Notes under the pieces: model-generated
Told to the model about the DNA's origin: nothing
What the model saw: only the letters and a program-made list of their open reading frames with translations
The model's database searches: none
Part shown: one piece after another, positions 1 to 21,041 of the stretch
Layout of the letters: each line of letters opens with the position of its first letter
Numbering within the stretch: position 1 is the stretch's first letter
From: Tubiluchus corallicola
Lineage: Eukaryota > Animalia > Priapulida
DNA length: 64,000 nucleotides
Assembly (NCBI GenBank): GCA_030141605.1
Contig: JAQGDQ010000107.1
Location: 280,514 to 344,513, forward strand
Direction of reading: 5' to 3'
Translations under genes and position numbers: made by a program

Positions 1-352
1 CGAGGAGCAAAAACTTTCTAGTGTTGACCTGAACTACAGCTTGTAGCATATCTGATGAAAGGTCTTGACGAGATGAACTGAATGGCATAAATTGACAGGA
101 GTTAACCTACCTTTGACCCAAAGGTCACATGTGGAAAAGTTACAAGTTGCGATTTCATTTTGAAGTACAGTTCATAGGTAATGCAGTAATGTGAATTCAA
201 TAAAAATCAAAATTGTGATTTTCAGATAAAATGTTGACACTTTTTGAAATTCTAACTGCTTCTGTAACTAATTCTATAGCCACTGTTTGCAAAAACTCCA
301 GTTTCTCTCCACATCAGAAACGTTGTCAACTAGTTTTTATTGTTTGCTGTAG

Positions 353-8412
<8,060 letters not shown>

Positions 8413-8422
8413 GAAACTATAA

Positions 8423-8483
8423 ACACGCACGCATACGTACGCACACGTACGCACACACGCACACACACACACGTATGCATGCA

Positions 8484-8523
<40 letters not shown>

Positions 8524-8659
8524 CACACATGCACACACATGCACACACACACACACACACACACGCATGCACACACACACACACACACACACGTATGCAC
8601 GCACGCACACACACACACACGCACGCACTCACGCATGCACACGCATGCACACACACACA

Positions 8660-8691
<32 letters not shown>

Positions 8692-8692
8692 C
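8423..8692. repeat. (CA)n/(CACG)n compound microsatellite in P450 3' region
   Basis: Directly visible. Confidence 0.97.
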
Positions 8693-9103
8693 AACAGTTT
8701 TAAGCATGCTATAAGCCTACTTGTGAATAACATTATGAATATTATGAATAACATACTTTTAATAAAGCTGTATATAATGGATGTGAATAAAATTACTTTT
8801 AACCAATTTTTGAACATCGTTTGTGAGTTGCCACTAACAATATTAATTTAATTTTTTATGGTTTTAAATATGGTGAAGTTCTACAAACGTTCTCTGTCAA
8901 GTCTTGAAGGAAACCATTTACTTGCTAACTGAACATTTTGTATCATACGTACACAACTCTTGATCCAAATTAAATCTGACAAACTATTCAGCAAAAGCAT
9001 AACTGTGCAACATTAGATTTCTTTCGAGTCATTAACCTTGCAAGATGCTGATGAAAATAGTTCATGAAGACCCATTTTGTATCGGTATGTAATTGAGTAC
9101 TTA

Positions 9104-9476
9104 CAGGCCCTATTTTAGGGGGGGGGGTTAAGTGGGGACAATTCCCCGGGGCCTCACCCTCCAGGGGGCCTGATGCCAAGGTAACATTTTTTTGCTTTAT
9201 GCGAACATACTTCCTCCGCTCCCCCCTCTCTCTCTCTTGCCGCACGCGCGCCGTTTGCCAGTATTGACAAGTATTAAGGACTGGTTTTGAGAATAAAGCA
9301 GTTTTTCTTTCAATTGTTCTTTCCTTTAACAACTGTGTAACTCCATGTTTTCTCTTCGAAAATGCTTCTCCGGCGTTCTAGCAGTTCAAAATTTTTCTGG
9401 GCGCTTTGCCCTCCCCCTCGAGGGGGCCTCACACGCCCCACTTTCCCGGGCCTCTCTTAAGCTGAAAGAGGCCCTG
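9104..9476. mobile_element. hAT-type MITE, family A
   Basis: CAGG...CCTG termini; perfect 8-bp TSD AGTACTTA (9096-9103 and 9477-9484); inverted homologue at 51651-52065. Confidence 0.88.
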
Positions 9477-9560
9477 AGTACTTAACTACAAATGTTACTT
9501 TTAATTATAAATGTTATGCTAATTAATTAAGCTAATATCTGTGAACTAATACCAGATACC

Positions 9561-9886
9561 TGTTATAGCATGTCATTTAACTCTCACAATATAAAACACA
9601 AAAATTACACTGTACGGAGTTTATTACCAGCACTTATAGGGGAACAAAATACACACACAAAAAATAGCTAAGTAACAGCACTACGCCCGAGGAGCAGCTG
9701 TGTCACAAATCAAGGCTCTAGTGACCTCTACACGCTTTTTTACTGGCATTCCAGGGCTGCTGGCTTCTTCCACCACGTGTAGGCCCAAACAAGACGTCTG
9801 GACCTACAAAAAAGGGGTGAGTCGCTGCTGACGTGAAAGCAGGGCGTGTAGAGGGCCCTACACCCGACACAGGTGCCTCTGTAACA
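9561..9886 (-). mobile_element. Possible solo LTR abutting the 5S array
   Basis: TGTTATAG...CTGTAACA termini and a minus-strand AATAAA near 9620; no TSD found. Confidence 0.35.
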
Positions 9887-10593
9887 TTATACATGAACGA
9901 GCAAACCTTCTTAGTATTGTAATGCAAAGTATAAATAAAAATATCACATGAAATTATAAAGTATCGGGGAGGTTCAAATACCGTGCTCAAGTATATTATC
10001 TTTTAAATATGACGCAATTAAACATGGGAATGATCAAGCATGAACAAGCAAAAAGAATACACATTTAAAAATATCAGTCAGAACAAAAATCCATTTTTGA
10101 GTGGTGCAGAAGATTTTACAGCATTTGTCATCACCCTTCCTGACCATTTAAAAAAAATTTAAGCACCAAGTTAAGAAGTTAGCAATACCAGAATTCCCGG
10201 ACAGTCACCCATTCAAACGCAAAACCAGGTTCGAGATTGCTTAACTTCTGCATTTCGTTAAAGAGAGATAATATAGAAATAATAGATAGATTAAGGTGAA
10301 CGTAGGAACAAAGTATCTGTTTTGAATTTTTATATGAAAATCAAAAATAATTTTTGAAGGGCAGTGGCTGATTTTCTAGTTTTATTTTCATTTTTGTTCA
10401 CTTTGTGTGATATTCGAGAAACGTAACAAATAGATAGTCTTTCACATTAAAATGCCAAAAAAAATCAACGTAATGTCGAGACAGACATTTATTTCCACCA
10501 CTTCAACTTCCAAAAATCAAAAACAATACTGTCAAAATGATATGGTCGTGTTGTGCACACACTTTGATTGTTAATAATCACTCTAGCAAAAAA

Positions 10594-10711
10594 GTCTACA
10601 GCACGTGGTATTCCTAGGCGGTCCCCTATCCAAGTACTAACCACACTCTGCATTGCTTAACTTCGGTGATCAGACGAGAACCGGTGTATTCAATGTAATA
10701 TGGCCGTAGAC
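10594..10711 (-). rRNA. 5S rRNA gene
   Basis: 118 nt, GTCTACGGCCAT...GAAGTTAAGCA...GTTAGTACTTGGAT...GCTGTAGAC, followed by an oligo-T Pol III terminator. Confidence 0.9.
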
Positions 10712-11358
10712 ATTAGCAGTTTCTTAAGATGAGTTAACATAGAAATGATGTACATGAATAAACAAACCTTTTTAGTATTTTAATGCAAAGTATAAATAGA
10801 AATATCATATGAAATTCTAAAATATCAGAGATGTTAAAATACCGTGCTCAAGTCTATTACCTTCTAAATATGACATAATTAAACATGGGAATGATCAAGC
10901 ATGAACAAGCAAAGAGATCCTTCATTTAAAAATATCAGTCAGAACAAAAATCCATTTTTGAGTGTTGAAGAAGATTTTACAGCTTTTGTCATCAGCCTTC
11001 CTGACCATTTAAAAAAATGTCAGTCCCGGGCAGTCACCCATTCAAACGCAAAACCAAACCAGGTTCGAGGTTGCGTAACTTCTGTATTTCGTTAAAAGAG
11101 ATAATATAGAAATAATAGATAGATTAAGGTGAACGTAGTAACAAAGTATCTGTTTTGAATTTTTGTGTGTAGTATTTGAGAAACGTAACAAATAGATAGT
11201 TTTAGACATTAAAATGCAAAGCAAATAAAAATCAAAATAATGTTCAGACAGACACTTATTCCTATCACTTCTACTTCCAAAAGTCAGAAACAATTCTGCA
11301 AAAATGAAATGGTCGTGTTGTGCACACACTTCAATAGTTAATAGGCACTAGCAAAAAA

Positions 11359-11476
11359 GTCAACAGCACGTAGTATTCCTAGGCGGTCACCCATCCAAGT
11401 ACTAACCAGGGTCTCTACATTACTTAACTTTGGGGATCAGACGAAAACCGGTGTTTTCAACGTGATTTGGCTGTAG
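11359..11476 (-). pseudogene. Degenerate 5S rRNA copy
   Basis: Full-length 5S-like sequence with several substitutions relative to neighbouring copies and an altered 5' end. Confidence 0.8.
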
Positions 11477-12202
11477 CTTGCTCGGCACAGCACAAGTAGT
11501 ATTTATAGTATTCATAATCTAGTAAAACCAGGTGTACGATAAAACAGCATTGGATTAGAGAGTTGTCTTCGCTGCCATCATATATTCCTATGAGAAAAAT
11601 ACAAATGAGAAATGTGTTACGTTTGACCATTTTCCAAGTTAATGGGACATGCTAAACCGATAAGAACTGGAATTAACTAATTTACTAGTAATAATTAACA
11701 ACGAATAGCAGTCTTACTAGGAGATTCTGTAGCGTGTACATCTTGACTGTACGTGATTAGTTTTTGAGTACATCTTGTACAACTTGTAAAGCTCTCAACT
11801 GAAATAACTATTATAGTAAATCAAGCAATCATTGGCAAATTCAAAATGATAATTGCTGCAGTTTGCAATATTTGATTTGACTCCTTGGGCTTTTACCCAT
11901 TATTTCTCAGATGCATACCTTTCGTCTCCGCTAGTGAGTGACCAAATGTGAGGTTATGCAAGACCTTGGAGTAACTTGGATCAACTTTTCATCGATTATG
12001 TCATTGCATGTCACATTACAATTTCGTGATTCTTGAAGATTACACTATTTGTATGTTTTGTGTCATTTTGTCTGTTTATCTATTTGTGTTTTTATTTCTT
12101 CGTAGCTTGAATATTGATTTTGTCTTAATTGTCTGCAGATAAATCACACAAATAAATAAGTAATTGTAAGTTTTTTAAATTATTTACTGAATGAGTGAAC
12201 GA

Positions 12203-12365
12203 ATGACTGACTGACTGACTGACTGACTGACCGACCGACCGACTGACCGACCGACCGACCGACCGACCGACCGACCGAATGACTGACTGACTGACTGACT
12301 GACTGACTGACTGACTGACTGACTGACTGACTGACTGACTGACTGACTGACTGACTGACTGACTA
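12203..12365. repeat. (GACT)n/(GACC)n microsatellite
   Basis: Directly visible. Confidence 0.97.
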
Positions 12366-12966
12366 ACTGAATAAATGAATGAATGATTGTGTGTGAATAA
12401 ACGATTGAGTGAATTAATAAACAAACTAGCAAAGGCCCCGCAAAAAAATTTTGCTTATAAATCCACTCATAATCAAATATGCGCAAACATTCTACCTAGT
12501 GTTTGTCTGTTTATCTAACGCAAAGCCAGAAGCTTTTACTGAATTAAAGTTACAGGCAGAGTATAATGGATGACGTCACAACAATGGCTTTGCGTCAGCA
12601 GTTTTCCAAGCGAAAATTGCCAAAAATAGAACATCTAATTAAGTCGTCGTCACTGCTCTTGATGGACGTGTCCTAATATAGCCCACATCATCGTATAGCC
12701 CTGTTCTTCCCCTTTCTAAAGAGCTGTATATCTCCCTTCGAGAGTCCCACCAGGTGCCGTCAGAACGTTTTTTTCTGCAGGCTGTTTGAGCAAAAAAATT
12801 TCAAAAAAATCACTGGTAATATTTGTTATTTTAGTGTTTCATGGGAGTGGTAAAGTACGTTATAATTGCCGAGGAATGTATAAAAGTTAAATAACTGTTA
12901 TATTATATGAAAATATAATGGTAAATAACCAAATTTAATATTAATTATATTTTGTTTTTAATAAAG

Positions 12967-13190
12967 CTGGTGAGCATTTTTGGATTGGTTTAATGGACAT
13001 ACACGAGGAGGGTGACTGGAGGTGGTTTGCAACAGGTCGACCTGCCCTTTTTACTTCTTGGGATGTAGCAGATGGCCAACCAGAAAATTACGGCGATGGC
13101 GAAAGCTGCGCCATCTTGCGGGCAAATGGGAACACGTGGAATGACTTCTCGTGTGATACAGCAAAATTTCCGTATATTTGTGAATTCTAG
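12967..13190 (+). CDS. C-type lectin domain, terminal exon (upstream exons not identified; possibly a pseudogene fragment)
   Basis: AG acceptor at 12965-66, then GEHFWIGLMD..EGDWRW...SW...QPEN...ESCA...WNDFSC...YICEF*, the canonical second half of a CTLD. Confidence 0.8.
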
Positions 13191-13510
13191 GCGACAAGCT
13201 AGATTACTTATCACGGAAATCCGAATTTTTGTCTTTTTTTAACTCGTTCACTTCCGTTCTTGAAAAAGTAAAAAAATCGAATCGATATAGGCTAATATTA
13301 AACATGTTTGTATACTGTTGTTACTGATTTGCATACTGATTGTTAATAAACGAAACTTAGTGTGGATTTTACTGGTATTTGAGGACAATTTATACGCATT
13401 AGTACATGTTCCTATGTAGCAAGTTTGCAATTCTTGTATATCACGCGCATCTGCTTATACACAATTACGGCGTTGAAAATACCGGTTGTTCAAAACAGGT
13501 TGATGACAAG

Positions 13511-13700
13511 GGTTCTCGTCTGATCACCGAAGTTAAGCAACGAAGAGGCGGGTTAGTACTTGGATGGGTGACCGACAAGGAATACTAGGTTCAAATCACG
13601 TTGAAGACACCGGTTCTCTTCTGATCACCGAAGTTAAGCAACGAAGAGGGGGGTTAGTACTTGGATGGGGGACCAACAAGGAATACCAGGTGCTGCAGGA
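13511..13700 (+). pseudogene. Two tandem truncated 5S rRNA-derived fragments of a different sequence type, followed by (GAGT)n
   Basis: GGTTCTCGTCTGATCACCGAAGTTAAGCAACG...GTTAGTACTTGGATGGG occurs twice (about 13511-13592 and 13596-13700); both lack the 5' end and a T-run terminator. Confidence 0.85.
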
Positions 13701-13820
13701 GTAAGTGAGTGAGTGAGTGAGTGAGTGAGTGAGTGAGTGAGTGAGTGAGTGAGTGAGTGAGTGAGTGAGTGAGTGAGTGAGTGAGTGAGTGAGTGAGTGA
13801 GTGAGTGAGTGAGTGAGTGA
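13700..13820. repeat. (GAGT)n microsatellite
   Basis: Directly visible. Confidence 0.97.
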
Positions 13821-13899
13821 GGTAAAGTAAGAGTAACTTTACAGAGATGATCAATCAGTGTTAGTTAATAAAAACTTACACTGCTAAACTTACTGTGCA

Positions 13900-15190
13900 G
13901 TAATGACGAATAAAATCAAGCATATTTACAACTATGAACAAAAAACGAAAAAAGTATGATTTAATTAATATGGCCGTGGATATATAAATTCTGAATTAGT
14001 GTGTATGTTGTCGTACTGGTGTGATGATATTTCATATTAGGTTAATATTAGTTATTTTAATTTTGTTTTAAATGCTGATAGGGACTTGATTTGTTTAACC
14101 TGTAATGGTAGAGAATTCCAAAGTAGAATTGCTTGTTTGATTACAGAGTTCGTTCCATAGTGGGTATTTGTCCTAATTTGTTTTAGATTGCTTGTTCTGG
14201 AATTAACGATTAGACTTGGAAAAAAGGTAAATCTGTTATTCCGGAATGGTTTGCTGATGTTGTTAATGTATTTAAATGTAAAAAGCAGAGTAAAATATTC
14301 TTTGTGTGCTTCAATGATTGGGAATTTTTACGTTTTTCTCAGGTTAGTTGTTGAAGCTTTAAATTTTTGTCTACCTGCCTTACGTTTGTATGAGTACCCA
14401 GCTATTAATCTCAACACATAGTTCTGAAGGAGATTTAATTTTAAGTAATTTTCTCTTTTGGTTTTTTGAAGTAGCGTACATCCATATAAGAAGTGTGGTA
14501 GAACTAAAGTTTTATATATTAGTGACTTAGTTTCCTTTATTAGCTGCCCTTTAACTTGTCGGAGATATGATGTGCTTGATGCCATTTTTGTGTATATGTT
14601 ATTAAAGTGTCATCCCGTGAAAGATTATTGTCTACCTGTATGCCCAGAAATTTATCATTATTAGTTTGTTTGATTACAGCATTATCTATTGTCAAAGTGG
14701 TTGATGATGCATCATTAGTATTTAATGAGGGTGACAGTATCATGGTTTATGTTTTGTCATTATTCATATTTAGCTTGTAATGACTAAATGCCGTATTTAT
14801 ATTTTTTATATCTTTTTCTAAATAAATTTTTGCAGTTTGGATATTTTCATGGGCTATGTAGATTGTAGTGTCATCAGCGTTATTTGTGAGTGTTGTAATA
14901 CACTGGATATGTTGTTTATATATAGGCAAAATAATAAAGTAGTAGTGTTCCTTGCGGTATACGTCTGTTTAACGTTGCCCAGTCAGAAAAGTTGGTTGTA
15001 TCATTACTCGTTCTTGTCCATCTTTGAGATGATTTTCTATCAGTTTTAACGATATCGAATAAAATCTGATTTGTTTTAAGTTATCGTAAAGTAGTTCGAG
15101 CGTTAATGCTATCGAATGCTTTACTTAAATCCAAAAATGCCGCTAAAATGTATTGCTTGTTGTCTAAACTATGTCTCCAATTTTCTGTTG
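13900..15190 (-). mobile_element. Degenerate LINE (CR1/L2-group-like) reverse transcriptase remnant
   Basis: Minus-strand fragments AFLDLSKAFDSI (~15105-15150), ADDTTIYIA, FLGIQVDNNLS and YKTLVLPHFLYGC, broken by stops and frameshifts. Confidence 0.85.
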
Positions 15191-15549
15191 AGCACAATTA
15201 ACTACAAATCACTTACCCCCTGTACCCTTCAAGTTTTTTTAGGGAAAATAATTATCAGTATCAACAAAACACATGCATTCAAATAAAAGGCGTTTTTCCA
15301 ACCTTCCACTAACGTTAATTTACACTGGTAATGCACAGAGACGTCATTGTTTTTCTGTTTGTTTCATATTCAGTAACTGCCTTGCTAGGGCTTTAAATTA
15401 CATGCGCGGTCTCTCAGGACAGAAAACAACACTTTTATTTTGATGGGTGACAGAAGGTTGTTCGTTAAAAATCCGGCTGCTACTGCTGCTGCTGACTTCA
15501 GGTATCTGTGATTAAGAGCTTGACTCTCATGGTCACCAGCCGATGGAAG

Positions 15550-15632
15550 TATTTAAGGCGTGATGAGACCGGTGTTGCTACCATACGCCTGTCGTCTGTG
15601 GTACCACACGAATCTCAACTCAACTTATAATT
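15550..15632 (+). promoter_or_regulatory. TATA-like box and probable non-coding first exon of the Gly/Tyr-rich gene
   Basis: TATTTAA at ~15550 followed by a GTAAGT donor at 15633; next acceptor at 16463-64 just before the ATG. Confidence 0.5.
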
Positions 15633-16468
15633 GTAAGTATTTTTTACTATTACTAAAGTAAGCATTTTGAAGTTTTAGTATATGACCTAGTCATCTTACG
15701 AACTGCGTTTTTTATCGTTACAAACGGCAACTTTTTTTAAAATGTTTGAAAGATTTCTTGGTAATACATTCAGTGGTATTTTTTGAAGAGTAAACTTACA
15801 AGATGTTTCGTTTTATCTTAACATTTACGACAAACTTTATCTACAATATAGGAGTAGCAAGATTGAGACGAAATTATTTTACATTTTGAAACGTACGAGT
15901 CAGTAAGGGAAACTGTTTGAAAACGTAAAATGTACATACCTATCCCCGTTTTTGTCTCTTTTAGCTTTTCGAGTTTGTTTAATTTTTGCTAAGAAGGAAA
16001 TTTAGCACAAATGTCTTAATTTATTGCAAATTTTACATAATACGTTTACCTCTAAGCCATCAAAATATTGAACGTATCAAAATTCTGTTTTAAACGGTTT
16101 CCGCTACTAAACCGGCATAATCTAAACTTAATCCAGGCGTTCATTGATGCTTCACAGTCTTTTTGCGACTGCTTAACTTTGGCTACCAAAGAAATTTAGC
16201 ACAAACTGACTAATTGTCTTCTTTTTTGCGAAATTTAGTATAATACATGTTGTACTAATACATGTATCAAACACTTTATTTAACCCTTGATCAGCATTAG
16301 GTGAGTTTTCATCACTTTTGATTGCAGTCTCTTCACCAAACAACATTGATCATTAGAGCATTGTCAGTTTTATGCTAAAATAATTTGGAAAATGACAATT
16401 ATTGATTTTTTATCGAATGCCCATTCAAGTTCTAGTTTGTTAATTAAATATTTTTTCTTGTTAGGAAA

Positions 16469-17420
16469 ATGAAGATCACTCTAGCTTTCCTCCTTGCCGT
16501 TTTGGTAAGTCGTCTATGGACGGAATTTCACAATTTAGCCAATTGTTCATGTTCGAGTACCACACCTAGTTAATTTACATTCACGTTTCTATTTAATACA
16601 ACGTAGCCTTTACTGCATCAATCAAAGTACGTCGACACATGTACTTGGCATTGGTTTGTGTTAGCCAACAACATTTCAGTCAAACTATTTAATTACATTT
16701 GGAGACAAAAGAAGTTAAAAGAACAAGAAGTTTTTATTTGTATAACAGTTTCATTGATAATACATTTGTACAACAGTTTCATTGATAAGTTCATTTGTAC
16801 AACAGTTTCATTGATAAGTTCATTTGTACAACAGTTTCATTGATAAGTACATTTGTACAACAGTTTCATTGATAGTTCATTTGTACAACAGTTTCATTGA
16901 TAAGTTTATTTGTACAACAGTTTCATTGATAAGTACATTTGTACAACAGTTTCATTGATAAGTTTATTTGTACAACAGTTTCATTGATAAGTACATTTGT
17001 ACAACAGTTTCATTGATAGTTCATTTGTACAACAGTTTCATTGATAGTTCATTTGTACAACAGTTTCATTGATAAGTTCACGTGTACAACAGTTTCATTG
17101 ATAAGTTCATTTGTACAACAGTTTCATTGATAATACATTTGTAGGTTGCTGTAGTCAGTGCCAGCGGATTTTATGGTGGCAGCTACGGACGAGGCTTGGG
17201 CTATGGACGTGGCCTTGGCTATGGACGTGGATTAGGTTACGGATATGGAAGTGGATACGGTGGATTTGGTGGATATGGCGGTGGTTACTACGGACGTGGA
17301 TATGGTGGATTTGGTGGATATGGTGGATATGGCCGTGGTTACTACGGACGTGGATACGGTGGACTTGGTGGCTACGGACGTGTATCTTATGGCCGTGGAT
17401 ACGGTGGTGGTTTCTGGTAA
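16469..17420 (+). CDS. Secreted Gly/Tyr-rich low-complexity structural protein (~103 aa)
   Basis: Exons 16469-16504 (MKITLAFLLAVL) and 17145-17420 (VAVVSA-SGFYGGSYGRGLGYGRG...GGGFW*), phase-0 GT-AG intron; signal peptide followed by GGY/YGRG repeats. Confidence 0.9.
16736..17142. repeat. ~29-bp intronic minisatellite, ~14 copies
   Basis: Unit TGTACAACAGTTTCATTGATAAGTTCATT. Confidence 0.95.
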
Positions 17421-18914
17421 ATCCTGTGATTCCCAAGTTGAACATAGATTGAACATTCTTTTTACAATACTTCTACAGTTATGGACAGTAGAATAGTTCT
17501 TCAACAGATCCGGAGTCCATCCGTGCTTGACGTAGATCCACTTCTCCTTGATATATCCACGTTTGTTTCAGATCCACTTGTAGCTGTTATATTTCAGACT
17601 GCCTTTTCAATGTTTTTCTAATGTAAAAGATGTAAATGCTAGTCTAAGTTATCTTTACTATATCTGTATGTGAAGGTAAAATATTCCCTTGTTTCGATTC
17701 GAGTCGTTTTGAGGATTCTCCATACAAAGAAAATAAATTAAAAGTTAATCGCTGCACGTTTATCATGAGACGTTAAAAATAGAAATCTAAATCGGTTGTG
17801 TATAATTCTGAAACTCTTCTTTGTGAGAAATAAATTTTTGTAAAAAAGAACAGCAAAATTGTCAATATGATAATTGTTATATTATATTAACATTATAATA
17901 TATTAACAATAAGTTCTACAGTTAATAGAAATTAATGAAAAGTAAAGTACAAATAGCACAAATAACTATAAAAATGTGAACTAAGGTTTGTATGCAAATG
18001 CAAACATAAGCAGCTAAATTTAGTAAAGGTACAAAGCTTACAAAGTAATAACATAAAGACGTACATGATTTTTATATTGAAGACCAGATAATACACAGAA
18101 ATCTGTTACATGGAAAACAGCTATACAAGGGACAAAGAGCGAAATCACGAACACAATTGACTAATTACATTAATGGAACACATGTAATGCCTTATATCTG
18201 AGAAATATCCCAACAATATCAAGCGGCAAAATACAGTTAACGCGAAAGTGTCATGGAAACAAATTAAACTTGAAAATTAATCAGTCAAATAAAAGAAAAC
18301 ACACAATCAACTCACTACTCTGCAAAGCACCTAAAAAGCTTTCCAAGTAAGCAAGCTAGGAGACATGCATCCAGTGTACAACACGACAAGCACATTCAGA
18401 ACTACACCTACTTCTCAATCAGTCAACCAACCAATCGGTTGTCTGAACAACCGACTTACTCACCAAACAACCAATCAACCAATGTCTGACAGCTAGTATG
18501 CCACCCAACCAACCAATCAAGCAGAGAACAAAGAACAGACAGAGAAACTGTTTATCAGACAACAATTATACAAGGAAGTAATGGAAAAACAGGCGAATAT
18601 GTGGGATTGTAATCACAGCATATGTCACAAAGCAACTACATTATAGCAATTACTGAAGTTAATTAGCTAAGTCTCTTGGTGTAACCGAAGGTCTTTAATG
18701 CAGCTAATCGCATTGATTCTAAGCTTTTTTCTGTGTAATTTTCTGAGCTGCTGATAATTCGTCGAAGTCTGCAGCATCTTGCAGTGGACTTTGGTTGCAT
18801 GAATCCGTAATTTTTTGCAAAAAATCCATGCCACGATTTTTCTCCATTGTTTTTGCTGACAATGGCAGTAAATGACCTTTTACTTTTAAGTATACGAAGT
18901 CTTGGTTTTAAAGC

Positions 18915-19686
18915 TCAATAGTGCACAGTAGACAATAGTGCACTGTAGACAATAGTGCACGGTAGACAATAGTGCACGGTAGACAATAGTGCACAGTAGA
19001 CAAGAGTTCACTGTAGACAATAGTGCACAGTAGACAATAGTGCACAGTAGACAAGAGTGCACAGTAGACAAGAGTGCACTGTAGACAATAGTGCACAGTA
19101 GACAAGAGTTCACTGTAGACAAGAGTGCACAGTAGACAATAGTGCACAGTAGACAATAGTGCATGGTAGACAATAGTGCACGGTAGACAATAGTGCACAG
19201 TAGACAAGAGTTCACTGTAGACAATAGTGCACAGTAGACAATAGTGCACAGTAGACAAGAGTGCACAGTAGACAAGAGTGCACTGTAGACAATAGTGCAC
19301 AGTAGACAAGAGTTCACTGTAGACAATAGTGCACAGTAGACAATAGTGCACAGTAGACAAGAGTGCACAGTAGACAAGAGTGCACTGTAGACAATAGTGC
19401 ACAGTAGACAATAGTGCACAGTAGACAATAGTGCACAGTAGACAAGAGTGCACAGTAGACAAGAGTGCACTGTAGACAATAGTGCACAGTAGACAATAGT
19501 GCACTGTAGACAATAGTGCACAGTAGACAAGAGTGCACAGTAGACAAGAGTGCACTGTAGACAATAGTGCACTGTAGACAATAGTGCACTGTAGACAAGA
19601 GTACACTGTAGACAAGGGTGCACTGTAGACAATAGTGCACAGTAGACAAGAGTGCACTGTAGACAAGAGTGCACTGTAGACAATAG
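18915..19686. repeat. 17-bp minisatellite, ~45 copies
   Basis: Unit GTGCAC(A/T)GTAGACAA(T/G)A with recurring higher-order variant blocks. Confidence 0.97.
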
Positions 19687-19751
19687 TCTACATTGCTTAA
19701 CTTCGGTGATCAGACGATTACTGGTGTATTCAATGTGATATGGCCGTAGAC
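19687..19751 (-). pseudogene. 5' half of a 5S rRNA gene, truncated by the minisatellite
   Basis: TCTACATTGCTTAACTTCGGTGATC...GGCCGTAGAC followed by the normal spacer; the 3' half is missing. Confidence 0.85.
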
Positions 19752-20591
19752 ATTAGGAGTTTCTTAAGACGAGTTAACATAGAAATGATGTACATGAACA
19801 AGCAAACCTTTTTAGTATTGTAATGCAAAGTATAAATAAAAATATAACATGAAATTATAAAGTATCAGGGAGGTTGAAATACCGAGCTCAAGTATATTAC
19901 CTTCTAAATATGACATAATTAAACATGAGAATGATCAAGCATGAACAAGCAAAAATATTCTTCATTTAAAAATATTTGTCAGAACAAAAATCCATTTTTG
20001 AGTGGTGAAGAAGATCTTACAGCATTTTTCATCACCCTTCCTGACCATTTAAAAAAGTCTAAGCACCAAGTTAAGAAGTTACCAGCATCAGCAGTCGCCG
20101 GGCAGTCACCCATTCAAACGCAAAACCAAACCAGGTTCGAGGTTGCTTAACTTCTGCATTTCGTTAAAAAGAGATAATATAGAAACAGTAGATAGATTAC
20201 GGTGAACGTAGTAACAAAGTACCTGTTTTGATTTTTTATGAAAATCAAAAATCAGTTTTGAAGGGCAGTGGCTGATTTTCTACGCATACTACGATTACTA
20301 CGATTTCCAAGCATAACAAAGTACCTGTTTTGATTTTTTATGAAAATCAAAAATCATTTTTGAAGGGCAGTGGCTGATTTTCTAGTTTATTTTCATTTTT
20401 CCTTACCTTGTGTAACATTCGAGAAACGTAACAAATAGATAGTTTTTCACATTAAAATGCAAAAAAATAAAAATCAACGTAAGGTCGAGACAGACATTTA
20501 TTTCCACCACTTCAACTTCCAAAAATCAAAGACAATCTAAAGTGTTCGTGTTGTGCACACACTTCGCTAGATAATTGTCAATCACTAAAAA

Positions 20592-20709
20592 GACTACAGC
20601 ACGTGGTATTCCTAGGCGGTCACCCATCCAAGTACTAACCACGCTCTACATTGCTTAACTTCGGTGATCAGACGAGAACCGGTGTATTCAATGTGATATG
20701 GCCGTAGAC
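20592..20709 (-). rRNA. 5S rRNA gene
   Basis: 118-nt 5S with intact A box, IE and C box and a T5 terminator. Confidence 0.92.
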
Positions 20710-21041
20710 ATTAGCAGTTTCTTAAGACGAGTTAACATAGAAATGATGTACATGAACAGCAAATATTTCTAGTATTGTAATGCAAAGTATAAATAAAAAT
20801 ATCACATGAAATTGTAAAGTATCAGGGAGGTGGAAATACCGTGCTCAAGTATATTGCCTTTTAAATATGACATAATTTACAAGTCCTGGGCAGTCACCCA
20901 TTCAAACGCAAAACCAGGTTCGAGGTTGCTCAACTTCTGCATTTTGTTACAGACAGATAACGTAGAAATAATGGATAGATTAAGCGAAACACAAGAACAA
21001 GGTAAACTGTTTTGATTTTTTTTTATAAAAATCAAAAATCA

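Noticed and set aside
18886-19683. Long Cys-rich ORFs and a CRISPR-like periodic look
   Set aside because: Pure 17-bp tandem repeat with no unique spacers; frames are open only because the unit lacks stops; eukaryotic context with no cas genes.
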